A DNA stretch of 64,000 bases from Candidatus Uhrbacteria bacterium (GCA_020854265.1 JADZFU010000003.1:28408-92407); one strand, 5' to 3'. Positions 47,027-54,574 are shown, numbered from the stretch's first letter. Translations and numbers: made by a program. The notes: generated by a model from the sequence alone, not told the origin.

Positions 47027-47109
47027 CCGATCCCGCGTTCACTCGCGGTCGATCGGACCTCCTCTCCGCCTCGCGATCACGGTGATCGCGGGCCGAAGAT
47101 GGAGGTATC
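47027..47109 (+). repeat. Leader cassette P
   Basis: SL1 ccgatc.ccgcg-ttcact-cgcgg..gatcgg, aCCTCCTCTCCGCC, SL2 cgcgat-cacggtg-atcgcg, GGCCGAAGATGGAGG, ATG 47110. 47 nt are identical to cassette O. Confidence 0.75.
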
Positions 47110-48099
47110 ATGTTCATTCGCAACTTCACGTTTCTGATCCTCGTTCTGCTCGTCGCGGCTCCGGCCACGGCCAGCGCCCAGGTCAGCATGACCTATCTCG
47201 GACTCGACGCTCTCGAGTTCGATGACGCATTCGGCGTCCGGTTCAACGCCTCGTTCCGCAGACAGGCTGCAAGCGTGCCCGCCTGGAGATTGCGCGAAGG
47301 CGATACGGGCACCTCGTCGATCGAGTTGGCTTGCGACTGCAGCCTCTCGATGGCAGATTGCCGTCGAACGGTGCTCGCATTCCTCGGTACCGGATCCATG
47401 ATCTACGGACAAGCCGTCCGTGCGATCTCTTCCGACGGAAACGACTTCGACTACCTCGTGCGGCTCTTCCGCTACGATGCGCTCGAAGCGCGTGTCATCT
47501 CCGCCGATCAGGTGGCGATTCCGCGCTACATCAGCGATGAGGATCTCGATGCGATCGTCGCACGCCTGATCCGCTCGTTCTCCTCGGGTGATCCGGTCCC
47601 CGTGGCCGCTCCCCTCGACGAGGACGAAGCTCCTTCGACCGAGCTCGCATCCACGGATTTCTCCGAGCTCGACCAGCCCGTGGCGCCTGCGTCTCGGTCG
47701 TCGGAATTCGATCTCGAGTACATCGGCTGGCCGCTCGTCGGTTTGGCTGTCGCCTCGTTCGCCGGTGCGCTCGGTACCATGGCGGCCATCGAAGGCCTCG
47801 GAAACGATCCGAGCTACGTGGCATACCGAAACACGGTTCCGTCTGGTATGGGCGATGCCTGCGCCAATGCGGGCAGCAGCATGCTCTACGAGCCGACCTC
47901 GGCTGAAGCCGTGGCCCGTCTCGACCGCGCACGCAGTGTCTGCTCCGAGGGCTCGTCGCTCGAAGTGGCACAGATCGTGCTCTACGTCGTCTCCGGCCTT
48001 TCGGCCGCGGCAGGGGGTATCCTCATCGGATACGATCTCTCGCTCCGGCCCTCGGTCGGTGCCGACCACGCCTTCCTCGACGTCTCCCTGACGTTCTAG
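47110..48099 (+). CDS. Secreted hypothetical protein with C-terminal TM segments (329 aa)
   Basis: Signal peptide MFIRNFTFLILVLLVAAPATASA. Hydrophobic C-terminal segments (WPLVGLAVASFAGALG and IVLYVVSGLSAAAGGILIG). Confidence 0.6.
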   Translation: MFIRNFTFLILVLLVAAPATASAQVSMTYLGLDALEFDDAFGVRFNASFRRQAASVPAWRLREGDTGTSSIELACDCSLSMADCRRTVLAFLGTGSMIYGQAVRAISSDGNDFDYLVRLFRYDALEARVISADQVAIPRYISDEDLDAIVARLIRSFSSGDPVPVAAPLDEDEAPSTELASTDFSELDQPVAPASRSSEFDLEYIGWPLVGLAVASFAGALGTMAAIEGLGNDPSYVAYRNTVPSGMGDACANAGSSMLYEPTSAEAVARLDRARSVCSEGSSLEVAQIVLYVVSGLSAAAGGILIGYDLSLRPSVGADHAFLDVSLTF

Positions 48100-48106
48100 G
48101 AAGTGG

Positions 48107-48136
48107 ACCCCGTTTCGTGTTCCTGCGAAACGGGGT
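48107..48136 (+). terminator. Intrinsic terminator ending the cassette-linked gene array
   Basis: accccgtttcg-tgttcctg-cgaaacggggt followed by cttctctt. Confidence 0.65.
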
Positions 48137-48189
48137 CTTCTCTTGCCTAAATGCTAAAAAAGTAGTAAAAAAATATTGGAGGATATCGC

Positions 48190-49941
48190 ATGGTTCGCCC
48201 GTACATTCCCAACCTGTTCGTCTTCATTCTGCTCACGGCCTGCGCCTCGGATCCGGTCGGCCTCTCGACCGGAAATCTGGAGGTGGACCACATGCCCCCT
48301 CCGGAAGCCGACAGCGTCGTGAACCAGCTCGACACCGTCGCCATCCTGCCCATCGAGGCAGATCTGATGGTAGACGAGATTCTGACCGACCTGACCCTCA
48401 CCGGTCAGGCCGACATCGGATCCGGCTGGACGACAGCCGACTTCGACCGCGTGGTCGTCAACTGCGGTCTGTTCGAAGACGCGGTACAGTTCGGTGCCTT
48501 CGTGGCACCAGACGATACCGGCCGCATGGTCTTCACCGGTCTCGACATCGCCGTCGCGGCCGGCACCATCCGTCCCATCTCCGTCGAATGCGAGATGGAC
48601 GGCACCGTCGAACAGCCCACCGGCGACCGCATCACGGTCGGCGTGGCTAGCGACACCGATGTCGCCGCACGTTCCGAAGCCGGTACGTCGCCGGTAACCG
48701 TCGGTATGAGTGCTTTGCGCGAAGCCGGCGCTCTTCCGGGCGAAGATCCGATGGCTGCGACCACCGTCCTGCCCTTCGGAACCTTCAATGCCGCACTCGC
48801 AGACGACTCTCCGGCTGGCGCCGTACGCGCCTCCGGTGAAACCGTTCTCTCGCGCTTTGCGCTCGATGTGGGTGCCGAAGGCGCTCTCATCGACCGCATG
48901 GACATTCCGGTCGGCGGATACGGCGGGAGCTACGCTTCCGTCATCGTCCGCTTGAACGGCGTCGAAGTCGCACGCGAAGCCGTGCCTCCCGGAACCGGGA
49001 ATACGCTCGCGCTCGACTTTTCCGGCGCTCCGCTCAGCGCTCCGCGCGACACCGTCTCGATCATCGAGCTCGCATCCGAGCTTGCGGTTCCATCCGAACG
49101 CGGCGCAGGCCCTGTCGACGAAGAGCTGCCGTTCTACGGCGATCCCGTCAGCCTCGGCCTCAACTTCCACGCGACCGGCGAGGATTCGCTGGCTGAGCTC
49201 TTCTCCGGCAGCGATCGTCCGCTCGACGGCGGCGCGCACAATGTGCGCAACGCCACTCTCGAGATGGTCTTCATCGACCAGCCCACGAGCTATGTGCCGG
49301 ACGGAGAGAACGTCCTGCTCGCATGGACATGGCGTTGTCCGAGCGGCACCGCCTCGGTCAAGCGTATGCTCGTCGTCGCCGACGAGATGGTCGTGATGGC
49401 CGGGGGAGCCTACCTGCTCTTTGGCGGTGTCCGTCTCGAAGCCAACGGCGTGCCGCTCGACGGCATCCAGTTCCGCGATCCCGCCGGATACGACATCGTC
49501 ACCGACGGTCTCGGAACCTACGACCGCATGACGTACCGCATGAACATCGTCTTCACGGACGAGTACATGGTCGGCAGCTCGGAAGTCACCTTCCGGCTCA
49601 TCTCAACCCTCGGCGGCGTAGATCCGGGCGAGACTGCCCGTTTCCGCTTCGATCCGACGGGAACGGGAGACACCGGCTTCCTCACGCCGGACAATGCCCT
49701 CGATGCTGCCGGCGCCTTCATGCAGGAGGCCCGCGGTCCGTACGTGGATCTCGGTACCGAAGTCGACCCGCTCATTCCCTCTTGGGGGACGGGCACCGAG
49801 CGTCTCAATCTCGGTTCCATCGTCTGGTCCGACTTCCTGTCCGGTTCGCATCGGGCAGTTGCCGGTATCGACGGCGGTTCCCGTGACTGGATCGACGGTC
49901 TCGGTGGCGCCCTCGCCTACGAACGCCTGATCACCAACTGA
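48190..49941 (+). CDS. Large lipoprotein / surface protein (583 aa)
   Basis: Lipobox ILLTAC. GGAGG lies upstream but there is no leader cassette. C-terminal IVWSDFLSGSHRAV...SRDWIDG is paralogous to the C-terminus of the 39458 gene. Confidence 0.65.
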   Translation: MVRPYIPNLFVFILLTACASDPVGLSTGNLEVDHMPPPEADSVVNQLDTVAILPIEADLMVDEILTDLTLTGQADIGSGWTTADFDRVVVNCGLFEDAVQFGAFVAPDDTGRMVFTGLDIAVAAGTIRPISVECEMDGTVEQPTGDRITVGVASDTDVAARSEAGTSPVTVGMSALREAGALPGEDPMAATTVLPFGTFNAALADDSPAGAVRASGETVLSRFALDVGAEGALIDRMDIPVGGYGGSYASVIVRLNGVEVAREAVPPGTGNTLALDFSGAPLSAPRDTVSIIELASELAVPSERGAGPVDEELPFYGDPVSLGLNFHATGEDSLAELFSGSDRPLDGGAHNVRNATLEMVFIDQPTSYVPDGENVLLAWTWRCPSGTASVKRMLVVADEMVVMAGGAYLLFGGVRLEANGVPLDGIQFRDPAGYDIVTDGLGTYDRMTYRMNIVFTDEYMVGSSEVTFRLISTLGGVDPGETARFRFDPTGTGDTGFLTPDNALDAAGAFMQEARGPYVDLGTEVDPLIPSWGTGTERLNLGSIVWSDFLSGSHRAVAGIDGGSRDWIDGLGGALAYERLITN

Positions 49942-49948
49942 TCGCCCT

Positions 49949-49986
49949 GACTCCCTCCGTCACTCGACGGGGGGAGTCTTCTTTTC
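49949..49986 (+). terminator. Intrinsic terminator
   Basis: gactccctccgt-cactcg-acggggggagtc (12 bp including one G:U pair), followed by ttcttttc. Confidence 0.65.
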
Positions 49987-49998
49987 TATGCTGGTTCC

Positions 49999-51696
49999 AT
50001 GAAACGCCTACTCTACCTGTTTGTCTTTACGCTCTGCGCTTTCCACTTGGCGCCATCGGCTCTGGCAGCAGAAGCTATCAATGCTTTTAACGTCTCTGCA
50101 AAGCTCGGATCTGACCGTTCCCTCGTTATCACCGAAACCATCGAATACGACTTTGGAAATAGTTCGCGACGTGGAATTTTCCGTCTCATTCCCGAACGCT
50201 ATCAACGGAGCGGCGGAGCCTACCGTCTCAATCTCCAATTTCTTGGCGCTACCATGGATGGCGGATCGGTCGAAAGCAGTCTTTCGCATGAAGACGGCAA
50301 TCTTCGCATCCGTCTTGGCAGTGAAGACGTCTACATAACCGGCAAGCATGTCTACACCATCAGCTACCGCACCGACCGCGCCATAAATGATTTTCCCGAA
50401 GAAGGAGTTCGGGAGCTGTACTGGAACGTAACCGGTAATGGCTGGGAGGTTCCTATCAAATCGGCTTCGTTTGATTTGGAAGGCCCGGGCGAGCCGTCGG
50501 ACCTTGTCTGCTTCACCGGCTATTTCGGAAATCCTGAGCAGGCTTGCGAAATCGTCGCTGCAGGATCATCCATACAAGCTGCCGCTCTGCGCGCGCTTTC
50601 GTCCGGCGAGGGTCTCACGGTTGCTATCCGCTTTCCCGAGTCCGTCATATCGCCGCTCTCGACATCCGACCGAGTCTGGCAATTCATCCAGGATAATCTA
50701 TGGCTATTCATTCCTGTATTGGTATTTGCCATCATGTATGCCATTTGGTGGACGCACGGGCGCGATCCGCGCGGCCGCGGAACCGTTATTCCGCATTATG
50801 AAGAGCCCTCCGCTCTCTCTCCTATGGAAATGTCGGCCCTGCTCGATCAAAGCATTTCATCCAAGGCCGTGACTGCCGCTATCTTGGATATTGCACGCCG
50901 TGGGTATGCCGTACTCGTATTTGAAGGCGACCAAACCGGCGGCTGGTTTAAAAAGAAAGGCAAAATGATTTTGAAAAAAGTAAAAGACGCGGACAATGGT
51001 TTGAAAAAATTCGAACGCACTCTTTACAATGGATTATTTGAAGATGGGGACGAGGTCGATATTTCAGAACGAAACGAAGGATTCTATGCAGAGCTCCAAC
51101 GAGCTCGCGAGCAGGTCTTTGAAGGGCTCAAAGAGAAAAAACTATTCTTGCGTTTGCCCGCTTCTATTCGGACAATTTGGATGGTCGTGGCTATTATTGT
51201 TGCTGCATTTCTCTTTATCTTCACCATAGATCTTGGCGAGCTCAATATGATCTCTTCCGTTCTTTCCGGACTGATCATCGGCGGTTTTGGCTGGTTCATG
51301 CCCAAGCTCACTCAAGCGGGCGCCGTGCTGCGTGAAGAGATCGAAGGGTTCAAACGCTTTTTGTCGGTCACCGAAACCCAGCGGCTTGCCTTCACGGACG
51401 CTCCAGAAAAAAAACCGGAGCAATTTGCAAGGTTCTTGCCGGCGGCTGTCGCTTTTGGCGTCGAGAATCAATGGGCCGGCCAATTTGCAAACATGATGCT
51501 GCCCGCGCCGTCCTATATGACGGGTTCGGTAAACGGATGGAATGCTGCCAACTTTGCTAATGCGGCAGACAGCTTCCATTCTACGACCTCATCCAGTATG
51601 TACGCCGCGCCTTCATCTGGGGGTTCTGGCGGATCGGGTTTTTCGGGAGGCGGTTCTGGCGGAGGATTTGGCGGAGGCGGGGGAGGAAGCTGGTAA
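49999..51696 (+). CDS. DUF2207-family membrane protein
   Basis: Signal peptide, an N-terminal domain (INAFNVSAKL..SLVITETIEYDF....RGIFRLIP), several TM segments, and the characteristic Gly-rich tail GGSGGSGFSGGGSGGGFGGGGGGSW. Confidence 0.7.
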   Translation: MKRLLYLFVFTLCAFHLAPSALAAEAINAFNVSAKLGSDRSLVITETIEYDFGNSSRRGIFRLIPERYQRSGGAYRLNLQFLGATMDGGSVESSLSHEDGNLRIRLGSEDVYITGKHVYTISYRTDRAINDFPEEGVRELYWNVTGNGWEVPIKSASFDLEGPGEPSDLVCFTGYFGNPEQACEIVAAGSSIQAAALRALSSGEGLTVAIRFPESVISPLSTSDRVWQFIQDNLWLFIPVLVFAIMYAIWWTHGRDPRGRGTVIPHYEEPSALSPMEMSALLDQSISSKAVTAAILDIARRGYAVLVFEGDQTGGWFKKKGKMILKKVKDADNGLKKFERTLYNGLFEDGDEVDISERNEGFYAELQRAREQVFEGLKEKKLFLRLPASIRTIWMVVAIIVAAFLFIFTIDLGELNMISSVLSGLIIGGFGWFMPKLTQAGAVLREEIEGFKRFLSVTETQRLAFTDAPEKKPEQFARFLPAAVAFGVENQWAGQFANMMLPAPSYMTGSVNGWNAANFANAADSFHSTTSSSMYAAPSSGGSGGSGFSGGGSGGGFGGGGGGSW

Positions 51697-51708
51697 AAAA
51701 AAAGAAAA

Positions 51709-51739
51709 GAACCCCGGTCCGCGTATCGGACTGGGGTTC
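51709..51739. terminator. Bidirectional terminator
   Basis: gaaccccggtccg-cgtat-cggactggggttc. The stem sequence is almost the same as in the hairpin at 53022-53049. Confidence 0.65.
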
Positions 51740-51744
51740 TTCAG

Positions 51745-52044
51745 TTAGGGCTTCCTGAACTTCTTGTAGAAGGCTTCTTCCTCGTCTTCCTCGTCTTCCT
51801 CGATCGGCGCCTTTGGCGCCGGCGGAAGGAGCGAGGGGAGTCGTACGGCATCGAACCAGCTGTCGACGTCGCTTTCGAGCTCGGCCGTCTCGACTTCGTC
51901 ACGCGCTTCCGGTGGAAGCGAGCGCGTTTCGATCAACGGCTCGTCATCATCGAGCATCTCGATGTCGTTTGGATCGATCTGCTCGGGCGGATCCGTGTCC
52001 CGCTCGTCCCGTTCTTCTGGTTCAAGTCGTCGCGGGGGTTCCAT
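51745..52044 (-). CDS. Small, very acidic hypothetical protein (99 aa)
   Basis: D/E-rich, with LPSLLPPAPKAP and a basic end KKFRKP. Its start overlaps the end of the upstream gene by 23 nt. Confidence 0.4.
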   Translation of the reverse strand: MEPPRRLEPEERDERDTDPPEQIDPNDIEMLDDDEPLIETRSLPPEARDEVETAELESDVDSWFDAVRLPSLLPPAPKAPIEEDEEDEEEAFYKKFRKP

Positions 52045-52942
52045 CCTCTTCTTCGTCGATGTCGAGCGTGAGCTCTTCGCCGCTGCCTTCGACCGCCGTG
52101 GTCGTGACCTCCGGCTCGTCGTCCGAGTTGGAGGAGTTGCGCTTCTTGGGCTTCTTCTTCTGCCCGGGGAGCGGCGGGGGCGTGCTCTCCGCGGATGCGG
52201 CGGGCGGGGGCGGCAAGTCCGAAGGCGTGACCACCCCCTCGGGCAGGCCGGGCTTGGGCTCGATCCAGCCGTTCAGCTTCGCCACGGCTTCGACCGCGGT
52301 GAAGAGGTCGGCGAGATCGACGTACTCGACGAGCGATCTCGGCGTGTAGATCCCGAGCACATCGTCGTCGGTGAAGACGGTGCCGGCGCGGTTCTTCTCG
52401 AGCATGGCCATCTGGCAGAGCGCGAGCAGCACCGGCGGCGTCTGTTCGTTGATGATCTTGTCGTCGCCGATCGTCCGCATGTAGCTGGACGCCGTCTTGT
52501 CGCCGAGCAGGTGCTCGCCGAGGAGGATCTTGTGGACATGCGTCATGAGCTGCCTGGTCATGCGCTCGCGCTTGCCGAAGATCAGGCGGTAGAGACCGTT
52601 GGAGGGGAGCACCTCGACCATGTGATCGGTCGAGATCTCCTTGCAGATGTCCTCGGGCATCACCAGCTTGTCCTCGAGCATCGAGGCGACCGTGCTCGCG
52701 ACGATGTCCGCGTTCATCTTCGATGCGCGCTCGCTATCGCCGCCGCCGTTGCAGGTGACGAGCACCTTGCCGCGCACCTTGGGGCTGAGCTTCTTGATCA
52801 CCTCGATGATGCCGAAGTGCTCGATGAAGTCGGCGCTCGAGATGTTCTTGCCCGTGAAGGCGTGGTGGAGCCAGCCGCTCATCGCACGCTGGATCGGGGT
52901 TTCGAGTGTCGAGACGAATGCGTGGTTCGTTTGTTCCTCCAT
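52022..52942 (-). CDS. Hypothetical protein (306 aa) with a proline-rich, basic and acidic tail
   Basis: Start at MEEQTNHAF (Met-141 of the listed ORF) with GAGGAG 4 nt upstream. Tail PSDLPPPPAASAESTPPPLPGQKKKPKKR...EEEDG. Confidence 0.55.
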   Translation of the reverse strand: MEEQTNHAFVSTLETPIQRAMSGWLHHAFTGKNISSADFIEHFGIIEVIKKLSPKVRGKVLVTCNGGGDSERASKMNADIVASTVASMLEDKLVMPEDICKEISTDHMVEVLPSNGLYRLIFGKRERMTRQLMTHVHKILLGEHLLGDKTASSYMRTIGDDKIINEQTPPVLLALCQMAMLEKNRAGTVFTDDDVLGIYTPRSLVEYVDLADLFTAVEAVAKLNGWIEPKPGLPEGVVTPSDLPPPPAASAESTPPPLPGQKKKPKKRNSSNSDDEPEVTTTAVEGSGEELTLDIDEEEDGTPATT

Positions 52943-53021
52943 GTCGCTCCTCGCTGTGAAAGGCCAGACTAAACCGTGGCAGAATAATCTTAAAATGTCA
53001 AGGGATTTATGCAAAAGAAAA

Positions 53022-53049
53022 ACCCCGGTCCGACATGTCGGACCGGGGT
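53022..53049 (-). terminator. Intrinsic terminator (minus strand)
   Basis: The perfect palindrome ccccggtccgac-at-gtcggaccgggg. On the minus strand it is followed by tttttctttt. Confidence 0.7.
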
Positions 53050-53064
53050 CAGTGGTGCGGCGGG

Positions 53065-54039
53065 CTAGGTGCTCGTCGGCTTCGGAGGGGCGGGGAGCGG
53101 CGGGGGCGGAGGGACGCCCGGCGGCCTGGGAACCATGAAGCCGGCAGTGCGCGGATCGGGTATGGCCGGCGGCATCATCGACTCCTTGTCGGCCGTGGTC
53201 TCGAGCACTCCGCAGCGGCTGACGTACACCGCGAACGGATTGCCCAGCTTGTCGAGCGGGATCTTCGACTTGAGCGCGAGCTCGTGGAACGGCACGCCGC
53301 CGAGCTGCTCCTCGAACATGTACTGTTCGATGTACTGGCTCGACTGCGGGTACTTGCGGCACCCGGCCTTGATCGCATTCGCCATGCGGATGCGCAGGGG
53401 AGCAGGCACCACGTCATCGAACATCAGATCGAAGCCGATGGCCTTCACGATCGCGCGCAAGGTCGGGATGTAGCTCTCGACCACTTGGTCCGGCACGTTG
53501 ATGTTCTGGTCGTCGCCGAAGGCGCGGTGCTTCACGAGGATGTCGCACCCTTGGGCCGCGAATCCTCGATGGCTCGGGGTGTCCTTGAACATCCACCCAT
53601 TGGCCATCACGCGCTCGTAGATCTCGCGCGGGTCCATCTTCTCCTGGAAGAAGTCGACGCCGCCGATGGCCTCGAAGAACTTCTTGCTGCGCTCCGGGTT
53701 GTCTTCGATGTAGGCGTGGATGTCTTCGCCGTACCGGACCGGATTGAAGCGCTTCAGGACGAGCTCGAGATCGGTGCCGATCATCTGGTGGACGATCTGT
53801 GCCGCTCGTTCCCGGCCCTGCTCCGTTGCTCCCGCAATGAGCTCGAGGATGCGCATGGGCGGGAAGTCGTGCAGATCGCTGAACTGCATGACGTCGAAAC
53901 CGAATGCCGCCGAGAACCACTCCCGAAAGATCTCGGGCTTGAGCTCGAGCGGTATCAGGCCAGCCTGGCTGGCACCTGAACCGGATCCCGACGAGCTCAA
54001 GCGCGTCGGAGAAGCGTGCGAGGAAGATCCGTCGTTCAC
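53065..54039 (-). CDS. Hypothetical protein (324 aa) with a polyproline C-terminus
   Basis: GTG at 54039 with GGAGG 5 nt upstream. The listed TTG start at 54084 overlaps the putative -10 box. C-terminus PRPPGVPPPPPLPAPPKPTST. Confidence 0.55.
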   Translation of the reverse strand: MNDGSSSHASPTRLSSSGSGSGASQAGLIPLELKPEIFREWFSAAFGFDVMQFSDLHDFPPMRILELIAGATEQGRERAAQIVHQMIGTDLELVLKRFNPVRYGEDIHAYIEDNPERSKKFFEAIGGVDFFQEKMDPREIYERVMANGWMFKDTPSHRGFAAQGCDILVKHRAFGDDQNINVPDQVVESYIPTLRAIVKAIGFDLMFDDVVPAPLRIRMANAIKAGCRKYPQSSQYIEQYMFEEQLGGVPFHELALKSKIPLDKLGNPFAVYVSRCGVLETTADKESMMPPAIPDPRTAGFMVPRPPGVPPPPPLPAPPKPTST

Positions 54040-54082
54040 TTGAGCCTCCGTATTAGTGTTGATAGAAAGATCGACTTTGCCC

Positions 54083-54111
54083 AATCAACCGTAAAGTAGG
54101 CCATTTGTCAA
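54083..54111 (-). promoter_or_regulatory. Sigma-70-like promoter, divergent from the rnpB promoter
   Basis: Minus strand: TTGACA (54111-54106), 17-nt spacer, TTGATT (54088-54083). Confidence 0.4.
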
Positions 54112-54120
54112 GCTATATCC

Positions 54121-54149
54121 TTGACTTTTTCGCTTATTTCTGCTATTAT
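54121..54149 (+). promoter_or_regulatory. Sigma-70 promoter of RNase P RNA
   Basis: TTGACT (54121-54126), 17-nt spacer, TATTAT (54144-54149). The RNA 5' end is expected near 54155. Confidence 0.6.
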
Positions 54150-54154
54150 TTTTT

Positions 54155-54567
54155 GGCTTAGGTCAGACAGATGACCGAGCCGACGCAATGTCGGTTAGGA
54201 AAGTCCGAGCTCCGATTCCGTCGTAAGGCGGAGGAAAGCGGAAGCGGCTAACGACCGCCCGGAACAAGGAAACGGAAGGAACACGTGTCATTCCGTTTCA
54301 CCAAACCGAGGGAAAGTGCCACAGAGACAATACTAGTTCCGTAGCAATACGGGATGAAAGGTGAAAAGTGTTCCGTCGAACGGAACTCGCTCCGTAGTAA
54401 TACGGAATTGCGGCAAACCCTTCCTGGTGCAAGAGCAAGCTCTCTATCGTAAGATAGGGAATGGTCGCTCGCTAGAGGTCGTCAGTAATGGCGATCCCAG
54501 AGAGATGGTCATCCATGTTCGCCTTTGGCGGACATGACAAAACTCGGCTTACCGTTTGGCCTGGGCA
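54155..54567 (+). ncRNA. rnpB: RNase P RNA, bacterial type A
   Basis: P4 strands GGAAAGTCCGAGCTCC and ACAAAACTCGGCTTAC. GGGAAAGTGCCACAGAGAC. P1 pairs gcttaggtcagac (54156-54168) with gtttggcctgggc (54554-54566). End coordinates are accurate to about 5 nt. Confidence 0.85.
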
Positions 54568-54574
54568 TAAAAAC

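Noticed and set aside
33766-47109. Could the repeated intergenic elements be a CRISPR array?
   Set aside because: The repeats are about 75-110 nt, not identical, and separated by 0.3-2.3 kb of coding sequence with start and stop codons abutting them. No cas genes are present. This is not CRISPR architecture.
33766-47109. Could the array be an integron-like cassette array, with the inverted repeats acting as attC sites?
   Set aside because: Superficially it is similar: promoterless co-directional ORFs, each with an imperfect inverted repeat that has a variable central part. But the conserved arms are CCTCCTCTCCGCC and GGCCGAAGNTGGAGG, not RYYYAAC and GTTRRRY. The 3' arm doubles as the SD at a fixed distance from each ATG. 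No tyrosine recombinase or attI is in the window. It is kept only as a minor alternative, to be tested by looking for an integrase elsewhere and for cassette presence/absence polymorphism.
54084-54084. The TTG start at 54084 for the 53065 gene, as listed in the ORF track.
   Set aside because: It overlaps the -10 box of the only plausible promoter. A GTG at 54039 with a GGAGG 5 nt upstream is a better start.
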